From positions 882-64,881 of the forward strand of contig JAZNDS010000038.1 of the NCBI GenBank assembly GCA_045588145.1: a stretch of DNA of 64,000 nucleotides. The letters run 5' to 3'. Shown here in pieces: positions 34,204 through 43,609 of the stretch. Source of the stretch: Eubacteriales bacterium. Its GTDB lineage: Bacteria; Bacillota; Clostridia; Oscillospirales; CAG-272. The notes under the pieces were generated by a model. The model was given only the letters and a program-made list of their open reading frames with translations, was not told where the DNA came from and did not search any database. The stretch's first letter is position 1. Each line of letters opens with the position of its first letter. A program made the position numbers and the translations under genes.

Positions 34204-36099
34204 TCACTCGAGCTCGAAAGCGCCGGTGTAGAGGCGATAATATATCCCCTTTTCGGCAAGGAGATGCTCGTGGGTACCGCGCTCAATGATGCGGCCGTGG
34301 TCAAGGACCATGATCACGTCGGAGTTGCGGATGGTGGAAAGGCGGTGGGCGATAACGAAGACCGTGCGGCCCTCCATCAATTTATCCATACCCCTTTGCA
34401 CGATCGCCTCGGTGCGGGTGTCGATCGAGGAGGTCGCCTCGTCCATGATCATCACGGGCGGGTCGGCCACCGCGGCACGGGCAATGGCGATCAGCTGGCG
34501 CTGGCCGCCCGAAAGGTTGGCGCCGTTGTTCGAAAGCTCGGTGCGGTAGCCCTTCGGCAGGCGGGTAATGAAATCGTCGGCCCCCGCCAGGCGCGCGGCG
34601 GCGATGCATTCTTCGTCGGTTGCCGACAGGTTGCCGTAGCGGATGTTCTCCAGCACCGTCCCCGTAAAGAGGTTGGTATCCTGCAGAACAAGCCCCAAAG
34701 AGCGGCGAAGATCCGCCTTTTTGATCTTGTTGATGTTGATGCCGTCGTAACGGATCTTGCCGTCGGCAATGTCGTAATAGCGGTTGATCAGGTTGGTGAT
34801 GGTGGTCTTGCCCGCGCCCGTCGCGCCCACGAAGGCGACCTTTTGCCCGGGCTCGGCGTATACCGAAACGTTATGCAGGACCTCCTTTCCCTCCTCGTAC
34901 CCGAAGTCGATATCGAGAAGCCGCACATCCCCCCGCAGGCGGGTGTAGCTGACGGTTCCGTCCCCGTGCGGATGACGCCAGGCCCAGATCCCGGTCCTTT
35001 CCTCGGTAGGAACAAGCGTGCCGTTCTCGATCGCGGCGTTGCAAAGGGTGACGTAGCCGTCATCCACCTCCGGCTCCTCGTCCATTAAGGAGAAGATGCG
35101 CGTGGCGCCCGCAAGGCCCATCACGATCGAGCTGATCTGCTGGGAAAAGCTGTTGACGTTCCCCGTGAACTGCTTGGTCATATTCAGGAAGGGAACGAGA
35201 ATGCTGATCGAGAGCGGCAGGCCCGAAAGGCCAAGGTTCGGGAAGCCGACCGAAAGAAGGACGCCCCCAAGCGTCGCGATAAAGACGTACAGCACGTTGC
35301 CAATATTCCCGATGATCGGCCCCAGGGTGTTGGCATAGGCGTGGGCGCGGTAGGAATCCTCATACAGGGCCCCGTTATATGCCTCAAAATCCGAAAGCAC
35401 GGCCTCCTCGTGGCAGAAGACCTTGATGACCTTCTGGCCGTTCATCATCTCCTGCACGAAGCCCTCGGCCGAGGCCATCGACTTCTGCTGGCGCAGGAAG
35501 AAGCGCGCGCTGCCGCCGCCGACCTTCTTCGAAACAAAGATCATCGCTACCACCCCCAGCAGCACGATAAGCGTTAAGGGGATGCTGTAATAGATCATAA
35601 TGAAGAAGACCGACAAAAGAATGGTGCAGGACTGCAAAAGCTGGGGCAGGCTGCGCGAGATAAGCTCACGGAGCGAGTCGATATCGTTGGTATAATAGCT
35701 CATGATCTCGCCGTGCTTATGGGTATCGAAATACTTAATGGGGAGGTTTTGCATCCCGTCAAACATACGGCGGCGAAGCTTGCAAAGGAAGCCCTGGGTG
35801 ATATAGGCCATCAATTGGTTATAAAGCGTAATGGCGCAGAAGGAAACGATATAAAGGGCAAGCAGCAGCATGACCTTCGGCACGATCTCCTCGGAGGCCG
35901 CGGCCCAATCGCCGCTTTCCTGCCATTTCCCGATCAGCTCAAAGATATTCTGCATAAAGAGCGCGGGGATCGAGGCGGTGAAGGCCGAAAAGAGGATGCA
36001 GACCGCCGTTAAGGGCACAAGCACGGGGTAGGAGGAATACAAAAGACGGACGATCCGCAGGAATACGCCCTTTTTGGGGGTGGGACGGTTATTCTTCAT
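34204..36099 (-). CDS. ABC exporter, fused permease/ATPase subunit (heterodimer partner 2)
   Basis: Six-TM N-terminal half, Walker A GATGAGKTT, signature LSGGQRQ. Start trimmed to MKNNRPTPKK at 36099, which overlaps the upstream gene's stop by 11 nt. Confidence 0.9.
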   Translation of the reverse strand: MKNNRPTPKKGVFLRIVRLLYSSYPVLVPLTAVCILFSAFTASIPALFMQNIFELIGKWQESGDWAAASEEIVPKVMLLLALYIVSFCAITLYNQLMAYITQGFLCKLRRRMFDGMQNLPIKYFDTHKHGEIMSYYTNDIDSLRELISRSLPQLLQSCTILLSVFFIMIYYSIPLTLIVLLGVVAMIFVSKKVGGGSARFFLRQQKSMASAEGFVQEMMNGQKVIKVFCHEEAVLSDFEAYNGALYEDSYRAHAYANTLGPIIGNIGNVLYVFIATLGGVLLSVGFPNLGLSGLPLSISILVPFLNMTKQFTGNVNSFSQQISSIVMGLAGATRIFSLMDEEPEVDDGYVTLCNAAIENGTLVPTEERTGIWAWRHPHGDGTVSYTRLRGDVRLLDIDFGYEEGKEVLHNVSVYAEPGQKVAFVGATGAGKTTITNLINRYYDIADGKIRYDGININKIKKADLRRSLGLVLQDTNLFTGTVLENIRYGNLSATDEECIAAARLAGADDFITRLPKGYRTELSNNGANLSGGQRQLIAIARAAVADPPVMIMDEATSSIDTRTEAIVQRGMDKLMEGRTVFVIAHRLSTIRNSDVIMVLDHGRIIERGTHEHLLAEKGIYYRLYTGAFELE

Positions 36100-37834
36100 C
36101 GCTTTTCCCCCCTTCGGTCTGTTGCTCGTAGATCTCGCGGTAGATCGGGCAGGAGGAAAGCAGCTCCTCATGCTTGCCAAGGGCCGCGATACGGCCGTTC
36201 TCCATCACCGCGATAAGGTCGGCGTCCATGACCGAGCTGACCCTTTGGGCAATGATGATCTTGGTGGTATCGGCAAGGTAGGTAGAGAGCCCCTTGCGGA
36301 TCTTGGCGTCGGTGCGGGTATCGACGGCGCTCGTCGAATCGTCAAGGATCAGGATCTTCGGCTTCTTAAGCAGGGCGCGGGCGATCGAAAGGCGCTGCTT
36401 CTGCCCGCCCGAAACGTTGGTGCCCCCCTGCTCGATCCTCGTTTCGTACCCATCGGGGAAGCTGTCAATGAATTCATCGGCGGCCGAAAGGCGGCAGGCC
36501 TCCTTCATTTCCTCCTCGGTGGCGTTGGGGTTCCCCCAGCGGAGATTTTCCTTGATCGTGCCCGAGAAAAGCAGGTTCTTCTGCAGCACCATGGCGACCG
36601 AATCCCGCAGGACGGTAAGGTCGTATTCGCGCACATCGTGCCCACCAACGAGAAGCCTTCCCTCGCTGACGTCATACAGGCGGGGGATCAGCTGCACCAG
36701 CGAGGATTTCCCCGCCCCCGTGCCGCCAAGGATCCCGAGCGTCGCGCCCGAGGGGATATGCAGCTCGATATCCGAAAGGGCGTATTTTTCGGCCTCCCTC
36801 GCGTACTTGAAGCGGACGTCGCAAAAGTCGATCTGCCCGTTTTCAACCTTCGTTAAGGCGTTCTTTGGCGAGGTGAGCGCGGGCTCCTCGCCCAGCACCT
36901 CGGAGATGCGCTTCATGGATTCAAGCGAGATGGTAAGAATAACGTAGACCATCGAAAGCATCATCAGGGACATTAAGATCTGCATGCCGTAGGTGAGCAT
37001 CGCGGAGATCTGCCCGACATCGATCCCCTCGCCCCTTCCCGTGATCGCCATGCGCGAGCCGATCAGAAGGACGCAGACCATATTTGTGTAAAGGAAGATT
37101 TGCATAATCGGGGCGTTAAGCGCTACAATACGCTCCGCCTTTGTGAAATCGCGGCGGATGTTCTCGGAGGCCGTGCCGAATTTCTCCTTCTCGTGCTCCT
37201 CGCGCGAGAAGCCCTTTACGACACGCATCCCGCGCACATTCTCCTCGATCGACTCGTTCAGGCGGTCGTATTTGCGGAAGACACGGCGGAAGGCGGGCAT
37301 CGCGAAGCGCGCCACCATAAAAAGACCGACGGCGAGAAAGGGTATGATCACGATGAAGGCCGTGGCAAGGGCGCCGCCCATCACATAGGCCATCACGATC
37401 GAAAAGACAAACATCAGGGGGCTTCTTATCGCCGTGCGGATGACGGTCATAAAGGACATCTGCACATTGGATACGTCGGTCGTCATACGGGTGACGAGCG
37501 AGGAGGCGGAGAAGCGGTCGATGTTCTCGAAGCTGTACCCCTCGATCCTTTTCATCATATCGCTTCGAAGGTTTCTGGCAAAGCCCGAGGAGGCCTTGGC
37601 CGCGGTGAAGCCCGCCATACCCCCAAGGCTTAAGGAGAGGGCCGCCATCACGATAAGAAGGATCCCGGTCGAAAGGATATCCGAGGGGGTCGCCCCAGCC
37701 TTGATGCGGTTGACAAGGCTTGCCGTGATGAAGGGGATAAAGGTCTCGATCACCGCTTCACACACGATGAAAATAAAGGTAAGAAGCGTCGGCTTTTTAT
37801 ATTCCCGCACGCTTCCCAACAGGCGTTTGATCAT
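36089..37834 (-). CDS. ABC exporter, fused permease/ATPase subunit (heterodimer partner 1)
   Basis: Walker A GGTGAGKSS, signature VSGGQKQRLSIA, Walker B ILILDD. Confidence 0.9.
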   Translation of the reverse strand: MIKRLLGSVREYKKPTLLTFIFIVCEAVIETFIPFITASLVNRIKAGATPSDILSTGILLIVMAALSLSLGGMAGFTAAKASSGFARNLRSDMMKRIEGYSFENIDRFSASSLVTRMTTDVSNVQMSFMTVIRTAIRSPLMFVFSIVMAYVMGGALATAFIVIIPFLAVGLFMVARFAMPAFRRVFRKYDRLNESIEENVRGMRVVKGFSREEHEKEKFGTASENIRRDFTKAERIVALNAPIMQIFLYTNMVCVLLIGSRMAITGRGEGIDVGQISAMLTYGMQILMSLMMLSMVYVILTISLESMKRISEVLGEEPALTSPKNALTKVENGQIDFCDVRFKYAREAEKYALSDIELHIPSGATLGILGGTGAGKSSLVQLIPRLYDVSEGRLLVGGHDVREYDLTVLRDSVAMVLQKNLLFSGTIKENLRWGNPNATEEEMKEACRLSAADEFIDSFPDGYETRIEQGGTNVSGGQKQRLSIARALLKKPKILILDDSTSAVDTRTDAKIRKGLSTYLADTTKIIIAQRVSSVMDADLIAVMENGRIAALGKHEELLSSCPIYREIYEQQTEGGKSDEE

Positions 37835-38017
37835 ACTGCTTCCTTTCCTTAACTGATTAAGAATTCTTTTTTACAGAGATAATTATACCCCTTTTTTCCC
37901 GAATTGCAAGGGGCAAGCGGGGGTTCGGGAAAAAGTTTACAAAATAGGGGGCCCCGCCCACCCTTTACAAGCGGCCGCCTTTATGCTACAATAAGAAAGA
38001 ATGATGGGGTGACAGCT

Positions 38018-39562
38018 ATGGTTAAAAGAGTATACGGCGCGGGTCTTATCGGGATAGACGGCTTTCTCGTTACGCTGGAATGCAGCGTGCGGGGCGGCCC
38101 CTTTTCCTTTGATATCGTCGGTCTTCCCGATGCCGCGATCAAGGAGGCGAAGGATCGGGTGCGTTGCGCCGCAGAAAGCAGCGGTGTGCGCTTTCCTCAG
38201 AAGAGGATCCTCGTCAACCTTGCCCCCGCGGACCGAAAGAAGGAGGGCACGGCCTTTGATCTGCCGCTTCTGATCGCCCTGCTGCTTGCCGACGGGGGGC
38301 TGCCCGAGGGCTCGGTCGGGGAGGAGGACTGCTTTATCGGAGAGCTTTCGCTTTCAGGGCAGGTGCTTCCCCAGGTCGGGGTGCTTTCACGCGCGCTCGC
38401 CGCGAAGGAGGCGGGCTGCCGCCGCCTTTTCGTGCCGATCGACAACGCCGAGGAGGCCGCGGTCGTAGAAGGGCTTACGGTGTACGGGGTCCCAACGCTT
38501 TCCTCGCTTCTTCTGCATCTTCTGGAAAAGCGGGCGCTTACCCCCACCGTGTTTGATAAGGAGGAATGCTTCCGCCGCCAGCGGGAGCGGGTGATCCCAA
38601 GCTTTGCCGAGATCCGCGGCCAGGTGCAGGCGCGCCGCGCCTTTGAGGTGGCGGCCGCCGGGGAGCATAACGTGCTGCTGATCGGGCCGCCGGGCGCCGG
38701 GAAAACGATGCTGGCCAAGCGCCTTCCCTCGATCCTGCCGCCGCTCACCTTCCCCGAGGCGGTGGAAACGACACGGATCCATTCGGCGGCGGGTACCCCC
38801 TTTGAGGGGGGACTGATGGCGGGGCGGCCCTTCCGCGCGCCGCACCATACGGTCAGCGCCGCGGGGCTTGTCGGGGGCGGGACCAACCCGCGCCCCGGGG
38901 AGATCTCGCTGGCCAACAACGGTGTTCTGTTTCTGGACGAGCTGCCCGAGTTCGCGCCCTCGCTGCTCGAGACCCTGCGCCAGCCCCTGGAGGACGGGGA
39001 GATCACGGTCACGCGCGCCAACGCCAAGGTCACCTATCCCACCCATTTTATGCTGATCGCCGCCATGAACCCCTGTCGGTGCGGCTATTTCGGGGATCGG
39101 CGCATTCCCTGCACCTGCCGCCCCGAGGACGCGCGGCGCTATCGCTCCCGCATCAGCGGTCCGTTGCTTGACCGATTGGATATCCAGATCGAGCTGCCGC
39201 CGCTTTGCTACGAGGATATTGTCCGCTATAAGAAGGCCGAGCCCTCCTCCGTGGTGGCCGAGCGGGTACAGGCGGCGCGCGAGTTTGCCGCCCGCCGCTT
39301 TATACGGGCGGGTGACGCCCCCAAAAGCAACGCCCGCATGAGTGACGACGAGATGCGCCGCCACTGCGTTCTGGATGAGGCGGGTGAGGCGCTTTTGCGC
39401 CAGGCCTTTGAGAAAATGAATCTGACGGCGCGGGGACACGCGCGCCTTCTGCGGGTCAGCCGCACGGTAGCCGACCTTGCCGAGAGCGAGCGGATCGAGA
39501 TGAAGCATATCGCCGAGGCCATTCAGTACCGTAATTTAGATAGAAAATATTGGAGCCGATAA
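38018..39562 (+). CDS. YifB/ComM-family Mg-chelatase-like AAA+ protein
   Basis: Lon-protease-like N-terminal domain and GPPGAGKTMLAKRLPSILPPL Walker A. Start trimmed to MVKRVYGAG. Confidence 0.9.
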   Translation: MVKRVYGAGLIGIDGFLVTLECSVRGGPFSFDIVGLPDAAIKEAKDRVRCAAESSGVRFPQKRILVNLAPADRKKEGTAFDLPLLIALLLADGGLPEGSVGEEDCFIGELSLSGQVLPQVGVLSRALAAKEAGCRRLFVPIDNAEEAAVVEGLTVYGVPTLSSLLLHLLEKRALTPTVFDKEECFRRQRERVIPSFAEIRGQVQARRAFEVAAAGEHNVLLIGPPGAGKTMLAKRLPSILPPLTFPEAVETTRIHSAAGTPFEGGLMAGRPFRAPHHTVSAAGLVGGGTNPRPGEISLANNGVLFLDELPEFAPSLLETLRQPLEDGEITVTRANAKVTYPTHFMLIAAMNPCRCGYFGDRRIPCTCRPEDARRYRSRISGPLLDRLDIQIELPPLCYEDIVRYKKAEPSSVVAERVQAAREFAARRFIRAGDAPKSNARMSDDEMRRHCVLDEAGEALLRQAFEKMNLTARGHARLLRVSRTVADLAESERIEMKHIAEAIQYRNLDRKYWSR

Positions 39563-39563
39563 T

Positions 39564-40223
39564 ATGAAAACGAATTTTTGTCAAACCCTTGTCCGCCTTG
39601 TAAGCCTTCTTTTGCTTGCCTCTCTTCTTTGCCTTTCGCTCGTTTCCTGCGGCGACGGGCCCGACCCCACGCTCGATCCCAACGACTGCTCGTACTACGC
39701 GACCCACCGCGATATTACGGGCCACAAGGTCCACCGCGTCGTGATCACCGTGAAGGATTACGGAAAGATCTTGGTTCTTCTTGACGAAACGGCCGCCCCC
39801 AAAACGGTTCAGAACTTTTTGTCGCTTTGCGAGGACGGCTTTTACGACGGGCTGACCTTTCACCGCATCATTCCCGATTTTATGATGCAGGGGGGAGACC
39901 CGAAGGGCAACGGAACGGGTAATCCCGGCTATTCGATCGACGGGGAATTTTCCGCGAACGGCTGGACGGGGAACGAGGATATCAAGCATCTGCGGGGCGT
40001 TATTTCCATGGCGCGCGGCGATGATTTCAACAGCGCGGGCTGCCAATTCTTTATCATGCACAAGAATTATCCGTCGCTTGACGGGCAATACGCCGCCTTC
40101 GGATACGTCGAAGCGGGGATGGAGGTCGTGGACCGCATCTGCAACGAGACCCCCTACGGGCAGAACGGGGCGGTAAAGCCCGCCAATCAGCCCGTCATCA
40201 AAAGCATCCGCGTGGTTAAATAA
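39564..40223 (+). CDS. Cyclophilin-type peptidyl-prolyl isomerase, lipoprotein
   Basis: Lipobox LVSCGD and the FHRIIPDFMMQGGDP cyclophilin motif. Confidence 0.9.
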   Translation: MKTNFCQTLVRLVSLLLLASLLCLSLVSCGDGPDPTLDPNDCSYYATHRDITGHKVHRVVITVKDYGKILVLLDETAAPKTVQNFLSLCEDGFYDGLTFHRIIPDFMMQGGDPKGNGTGNPGYSIDGEFSANGWTGNEDIKHLRGVISMARGDDFNSAGCQFFIMHKNYPSLDGQYAAFGYVEAGMEVVDRICNETPYGQNGAVKPANQPVIKSIRVVK

Positions 40224-40265
40224 GAAAAAAAGACAGAGAATGCTTCATTCTCTGTCTTTTTCTTT
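40224..40265. terminator. Bidirectional terminator
   Basis: 12-bp stem AGACAGAGAATG pairs with CATTCTCTGTCT. A-run upstream and T-run downstream. Confidence 0.8.
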
Positions 40266-40305
40266 TCGGTGGGTAAAGCCCCGCCCCTTTCTCTCTTTTT
40301 CTTTT

Positions 40306-40716
40306 TCAGAAGAAGCGGAAGAGCGACAAAAGCTCGCCGCCCTCTTTTAGGATCTGTTCGATGATCGCGTAAAGGCTGCCGAGCACGATGATCGAATAGA
40401 CGGTAGAGATGAGCCCCATCACGATGGAAATGATCCCGAGGATAAAGCCCGCAAGCGACATTCCCTCCAGCTTGCCGTGACGGCTTCGGTCAACGAGGGC
40501 GCAAACAAGGGCGGCGATCCCGGTCGGCCAGCCGCAGCACAAAAGGCCGAGGATCCCCAGGGTAAGCGAGACGATCGCGAGGGTATCGGTCCTCTTTTCG
40601 GGGCTCGGCGGGGTGCTTTCCCCAAAGCTTCCGTCGTTCTGACGGCTGTAATAATAGGTCTTTTTTTCTTCCTTCTCCCGCTCTTCCTCGGGCGGGCGGT
40701 TCTCAAATTCCGACAT
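40306..40716 (-). CDS. Small DUF4190-like two-TM membrane protein with acidic/Pro-rich N-terminus
   Basis: GILGLLCCGWPTGIAALVCALVDRSR core. Paralog of the adjacent gene. Confidence 0.75.
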   Translation of the reverse strand: MSEFENRPPEEEREKEEKKTYYYSRQNDGSFGESTPPSPEKRTDTLAIVSLTLGILGLLCCGWPTGIAALVCALVDRSRHGKLEGMSLAGFILGIISIVMGLISTVYSIIVLGSLYAIIEQILKEGGELLSLFRFF

Positions 40717-40752
40717 ATCCTTCTCCTTTATTTAAAAAGTGACCGCTCTTTT

Positions 40753-41049
40753 TCAGAAAAAGCGGAAGGTAAAGAGCATCTCCATCTCCATTTCGGTAAG
40801 GATCTTTTCGAGATCGGGAAGGATCGTGCCGTAAACGACCAGCGAAAAGATGTAGGCGGCGATGGTCATCACGCAGGCGATGATGCCAAGGATAAAGCCC
40901 GCAAGGCCCAATCCCTCAAAGCCACAGCGGCGGCTTCGGTCAACGAGGGCGCAGATGATCGCGGCGATCCCGAAGGGAAGACCGCAGCAGCAAAGAGCCA
41001 AAATGCCAAGCACCAGAGCGGTGATCGCAAGCCCGTTATTATTTTCCAT
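40753..41049 (-). CDS. Small DUF4190-like two-TM membrane protein (short paralog)
   Basis: GILALCCCGLPFGIAAIICALVDRSR core. Start trimmed to MENNNGL at 41049 (AAAGGAG RBS). Confidence 0.7.
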   Translation of the reverse strand: MENNNGLAITALVLGILALCCCGLPFGIAAIICALVDRSRRCGFEGLGLAGFILGIIACVMTIAAYIFSLVVYGTILPDLEKILTEMEMEMLFTFRFF

Positions 41050-41171
41050 AAAAGCTCCTTTCCCCCTTGCTTGACGAAGGGGCAAAAATATGATAAAATT
41101 CAAGAAAGGCGTGGGCTTTCTCTATTCAAAGTATAGCATACGCGCGAAAAAAATGCAAGAGGAGAGAAGAA

Positions 41172-41600
41172 ATGAAGGACATTCGGTTTTCCGTTTTTCG
41201 GCGCCGCTTTCTTTTGCTTACCCTCGGGGCCGCTTTTTTCTCACTTCTTTTCCTTTACCTTGACCGCTTTGACCTTTTCGATCGTCTTTTGATCTGCCCC
41301 TTTCACGTTTTCGGGCTCTATTGTCCCACCTGCGGTATGACCCGCGCCGCCCACGCCCTGCTTTCCTTTGACCTTTTGCGTGCCACAGCGGCAAACCCCT
41401 GCCTTTTTCTTCTCCTTTTCGTTCTTTTGTGGTATTTTTCCTTTGGGCTTTACGCCCTTCTTACCAAGGACCCCGCCCGCTTCGCCCGCGCGGGGCGGTG
41501 GCCTCTTTTTTTCCTGCTCGGCGCGCTTATTTTGTGGTTCCTTATCCGAAATATCCTTCTCCTTTTCTTTCATATCGACCCGCTTGGCGATTTTTACTGA
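41172..41600 (+). CDS. DUF2752-family membrane protein
   Basis: CPFHVFGLYCPTCGMTRA motif. Confidence 0.8.
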   Translation: MKDIRFSVFRRRFLLLTLGAAFFSLLFLYLDRFDLFDRLLICPFHVFGLYCPTCGMTRAAHALLSFDLLRATAANPCLFLLLFVLLWYFSFGLYALLTKDPARFARAGRWPLFFLLGALILWFLIRNILLLFFHIDPLGDFY

Positions 41601-41618
41601 AATACGGTCTTCTCCCTT

Positions 41619-41644
41619 TTGCCGCCCAAATGGGCGGCTTTTTG
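41619..41644 (+). terminator. Rho-independent terminator
   Basis: GCCGCCCA-aa-TGGGCGGC followed by TTTTT. Confidence 0.75.
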
Positions 41645-41672
41645 TATGCTTTTTTTCTTTTCGGGCATACTT
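41644..41672 (+). promoter_or_regulatory. Candidate forespore (sigma-G/sigma-F type) promoter for the spoVA genes
   Basis: GTATG-N17-CATACTT compared with the sigma-G consensus GHATR-N17/18-CATXHTA. Lies about 30 nt upstream of spoVAC. Confidence 0.4.
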
Positions 41673-41701
41673 TCCGTAAATAAAAGAAGAAGGAGAAACA
41701 C

Positions 41702-42145
41702 GTGAAAAACAAAGAAGCCTACGGGCGGCTGGTCAAGAAGCGGGCGGCCTGCTCCCCGGTTCTGAAAAACGGCCTTGCCGCCTTCTCTGTCGGGGGCTTG
41801 ATCTGCCTTTTCGGCGCCCTTTTGAAATCGCTGTACACGGCCCTTGGGGCAGAGGAGGAGATCGCGGGGATCCTTGTGAGCGTTTCGCTGATCTTTCTCT
41901 CGGCGCTCCTGACCGCGCTGGATCTTTACGACGGGATCGCCCGTTACGCGGGGGGCGGCACGCTCGTGCCCGTGACGGGCTTTGCCAACGCGGTCGTTTC
42001 CCCCGCCTTGGATACCAAAAGCGAGGGGCTTTTGTTCGGCGTCGGCACCAAGATCTTTACGGTGGCGGGCCCTGTGATCCTTTTCGGGATCCTTTCGGGG
42101 GCGATCTACGGGGTGCTGTATTTCCTTTCGGGGGTAACGCTATGA
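41702..42145 (+). CDS. spoVAC: Stage V sporulation protein AC
   Basis: VPVTGFANAV...KSEGLLFGVGTKIF matches the conserved SpoVAC core. GTG start with an AAGGAGA RBS. Confidence 0.9.
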   Translation: MKNKEAYGRLVKKRAACSPVLKNGLAAFSVGGLICLFGALLKSLYTALGAEEEIAGILVSVSLIFLSALLTALDLYDGIARYAGGGTLVPVTGFANAVVSPALDTKSEGLLFGVGTKIFTVAGPVILFGILSGAIYGVLYFLSGVTL

Positions 42146-43149
42146 AGCGGCTGCTTTCGCTTTCCTCTCCCGCCTTTTTTCATTCCTTCGCCGCCGTTGG
42201 GGGGAAGGAGGAAAGAAGGGGTCGCTTTGGGGAATGCTTTGATTTTTGCGCCGCGGACGACCGCTTCGGCGCCGAAACCTTTGAAAAGGCCGAGGGGCAG
42301 ATGGAGGCGCAATGCCTTTCCTTTGCCCTGAAAAAGGGGGGACTTACCGAAAGAGAGCTTTCGCTTCTTCTGGCGGGGGATCTTCAAAACCAGTGCGAGG
42401 CCACCTCGCATGGACTCTCCCCCTTTTCTCTCCCGTATCTTGGGCTGTACGGTGCCTGCTCCACCGCCATAGAGGGGCTGGGCCTTGGTGCCCTTTTGCT
42501 GCAAGCGGAGCCCTCTCTTTCACGGCTGGCCGTGGTAAGCGGCAGCCACAACTCGGCGGCCGAGCGGCAGTTCCGCACCCCGCTTGAATACGGCGGTCAG
42601 CGTACCCCCACCGCCCAATGGACGGCAACCGCCGCGGGGGCTTTTATCCTTTCCCACCGGGGAGAGGGGCCGCGGATCGGCGCCGCCCTTTTCGGGCGAT
42701 GCGTCGACGGGGGGATCCGCGACGCCTCCAACATGGGGGCCGCCATGGCCCCCCCCGCCGCCGATACCCTGCTTGCCTATTTTCGGGAAAGCGGCGACAG
42801 CCCCACCGATTACGACGCGATCGTGACGGGGGACCTCGGGCAGGAGGGCTCCTCGCTTCTTTCGATCCTTCTTGAAAGAGAGGGGCTTTCGCTTGGCGGG
42901 CGGCATCTCGACTGCGGGTGCCTGCTTTACGACGAAAGCATACAGGACGTGCATGCGGGGGCCTCGGGCTGCGGGTGCATTGCCTCGCTTCTTGCCTGTC
43001 ACTTTCTGCCCGCGCTGCAAGCGGGAGAGCTGCGGCGGATCCTGGCTATCGGGACGGGGGCAATGATGAACCCCGCGGCGCTTTTGCAGGGCGACACCAT
43101 TCTGGGGGTCGCGCATCTTATACGGCTGGAGGGTGCTTATGCTGACTGA
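42142..43149 (+). CDS. spoVAD: Stage V sporulation protein AD
   Basis: 335 aa, thiolase-like, with LGLYGACST. Overlaps spoVAC by 4 nt. Confidence 0.88.
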   Translation: MKRLLSLSSPAFFHSFAAVGGKEERRGRFGECFDFCAADDRFGAETFEKAEGQMEAQCLSFALKKGGLTERELSLLLAGDLQNQCEATSHGLSPFSLPYLGLYGACSTAIEGLGLGALLLQAEPSLSRLAVVSGSHNSAAERQFRTPLEYGGQRTPTAQWTATAAGAFILSHRGEGPRIGAALFGRCVDGGIRDASNMGAAMAPPAADTLLAYFRESGDSPTDYDAIVTGDLGQEGSSLLSILLEREGLSLGGRHLDCGCLLYDESIQDVHAGASGCGCIASLLACHFLPALQAGELRRILAIGTGAMMNPAALLQGDTILGVAHLIRLEGAYAD

Positions 43150-43513
43150 TCTTCTTCCCTATCTTCTCGCGTTTTTGATGGGCGGGCTTCTTTGCTTTTT
43201 TGCCCAGCTGCTTCTGGATCTTACCTCGATCACCCCCGCGGGGATATTGGTCTCTTACGTTGTTTTGGGGGTCGTTTTGGGGGCGGTCGGTCTTTTTGCC
43301 CCCTTAAAGGAGATCTTCGGCACGGGCATCACGGTCCCTATCGTCGGCTTTGGCGGCGCGATCGCCGAGGGGGTAAGAAGGGCGGTCGGCGAGGTGGGGC
43401 TCCTCGGCGCCCTGACGGGGGGCTTTACCGCCGCCTCGGCGGGCTGCGCCGCCGCCCTTTGCTTCGGGTTTTTGTTCGCCGTTTTCTTCTCGGGGCGGCC
43501 GAAAAAGCTTTGA
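43133..43513 (+). CDS. spoVAEB: Stage V sporulation protein AE (AEB-type)
   Basis: About 120-aa membrane protein with GTGITVPIVGFGG, third gene of the spoVA cluster. Confidence 0.85.
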   Translation: MLMLTDLLPYLLAFLMGGLLCFFAQLLLDLTSITPAGILVSYVVLGVVLGAVGLFAPLKEIFGTGITVPIVGFGGAIAEGVRRAVGEVGLLGALTGGFTAASAGCAAALCFGFLFAVFFSGRPKKL

Positions 43514-43544
43514 TTGAAAAAAACAACGCCTTTTTTTGGCATGG

Positions 43545-43600
43545 CACGGCATCACGGCAAGGCCGTGTATGAGAACGGACGAGCGATGCTCGCCCCTACG
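43545..43600 (+). repeat. REP-family C+A modules
   Basis: GGCACGGCATCACGGCAAGGCCGTGTATGAGAACGGACGAGCGATGCTCGCCCCTACGG. The 3' half is identical to 9998-10024. Confidence 0.75.
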
Positions 43601-43609
43601 GAAAACAAA

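Noticed and set aside
34066-39508. ORFs 34066..35088(+), 36074..36856(+), 36294..36947(+), 37100..37633(+), 38197..39033(-) and 38387..39508(-).
   Set aside because: They are shadows of the ABC exporter genes and yifB.
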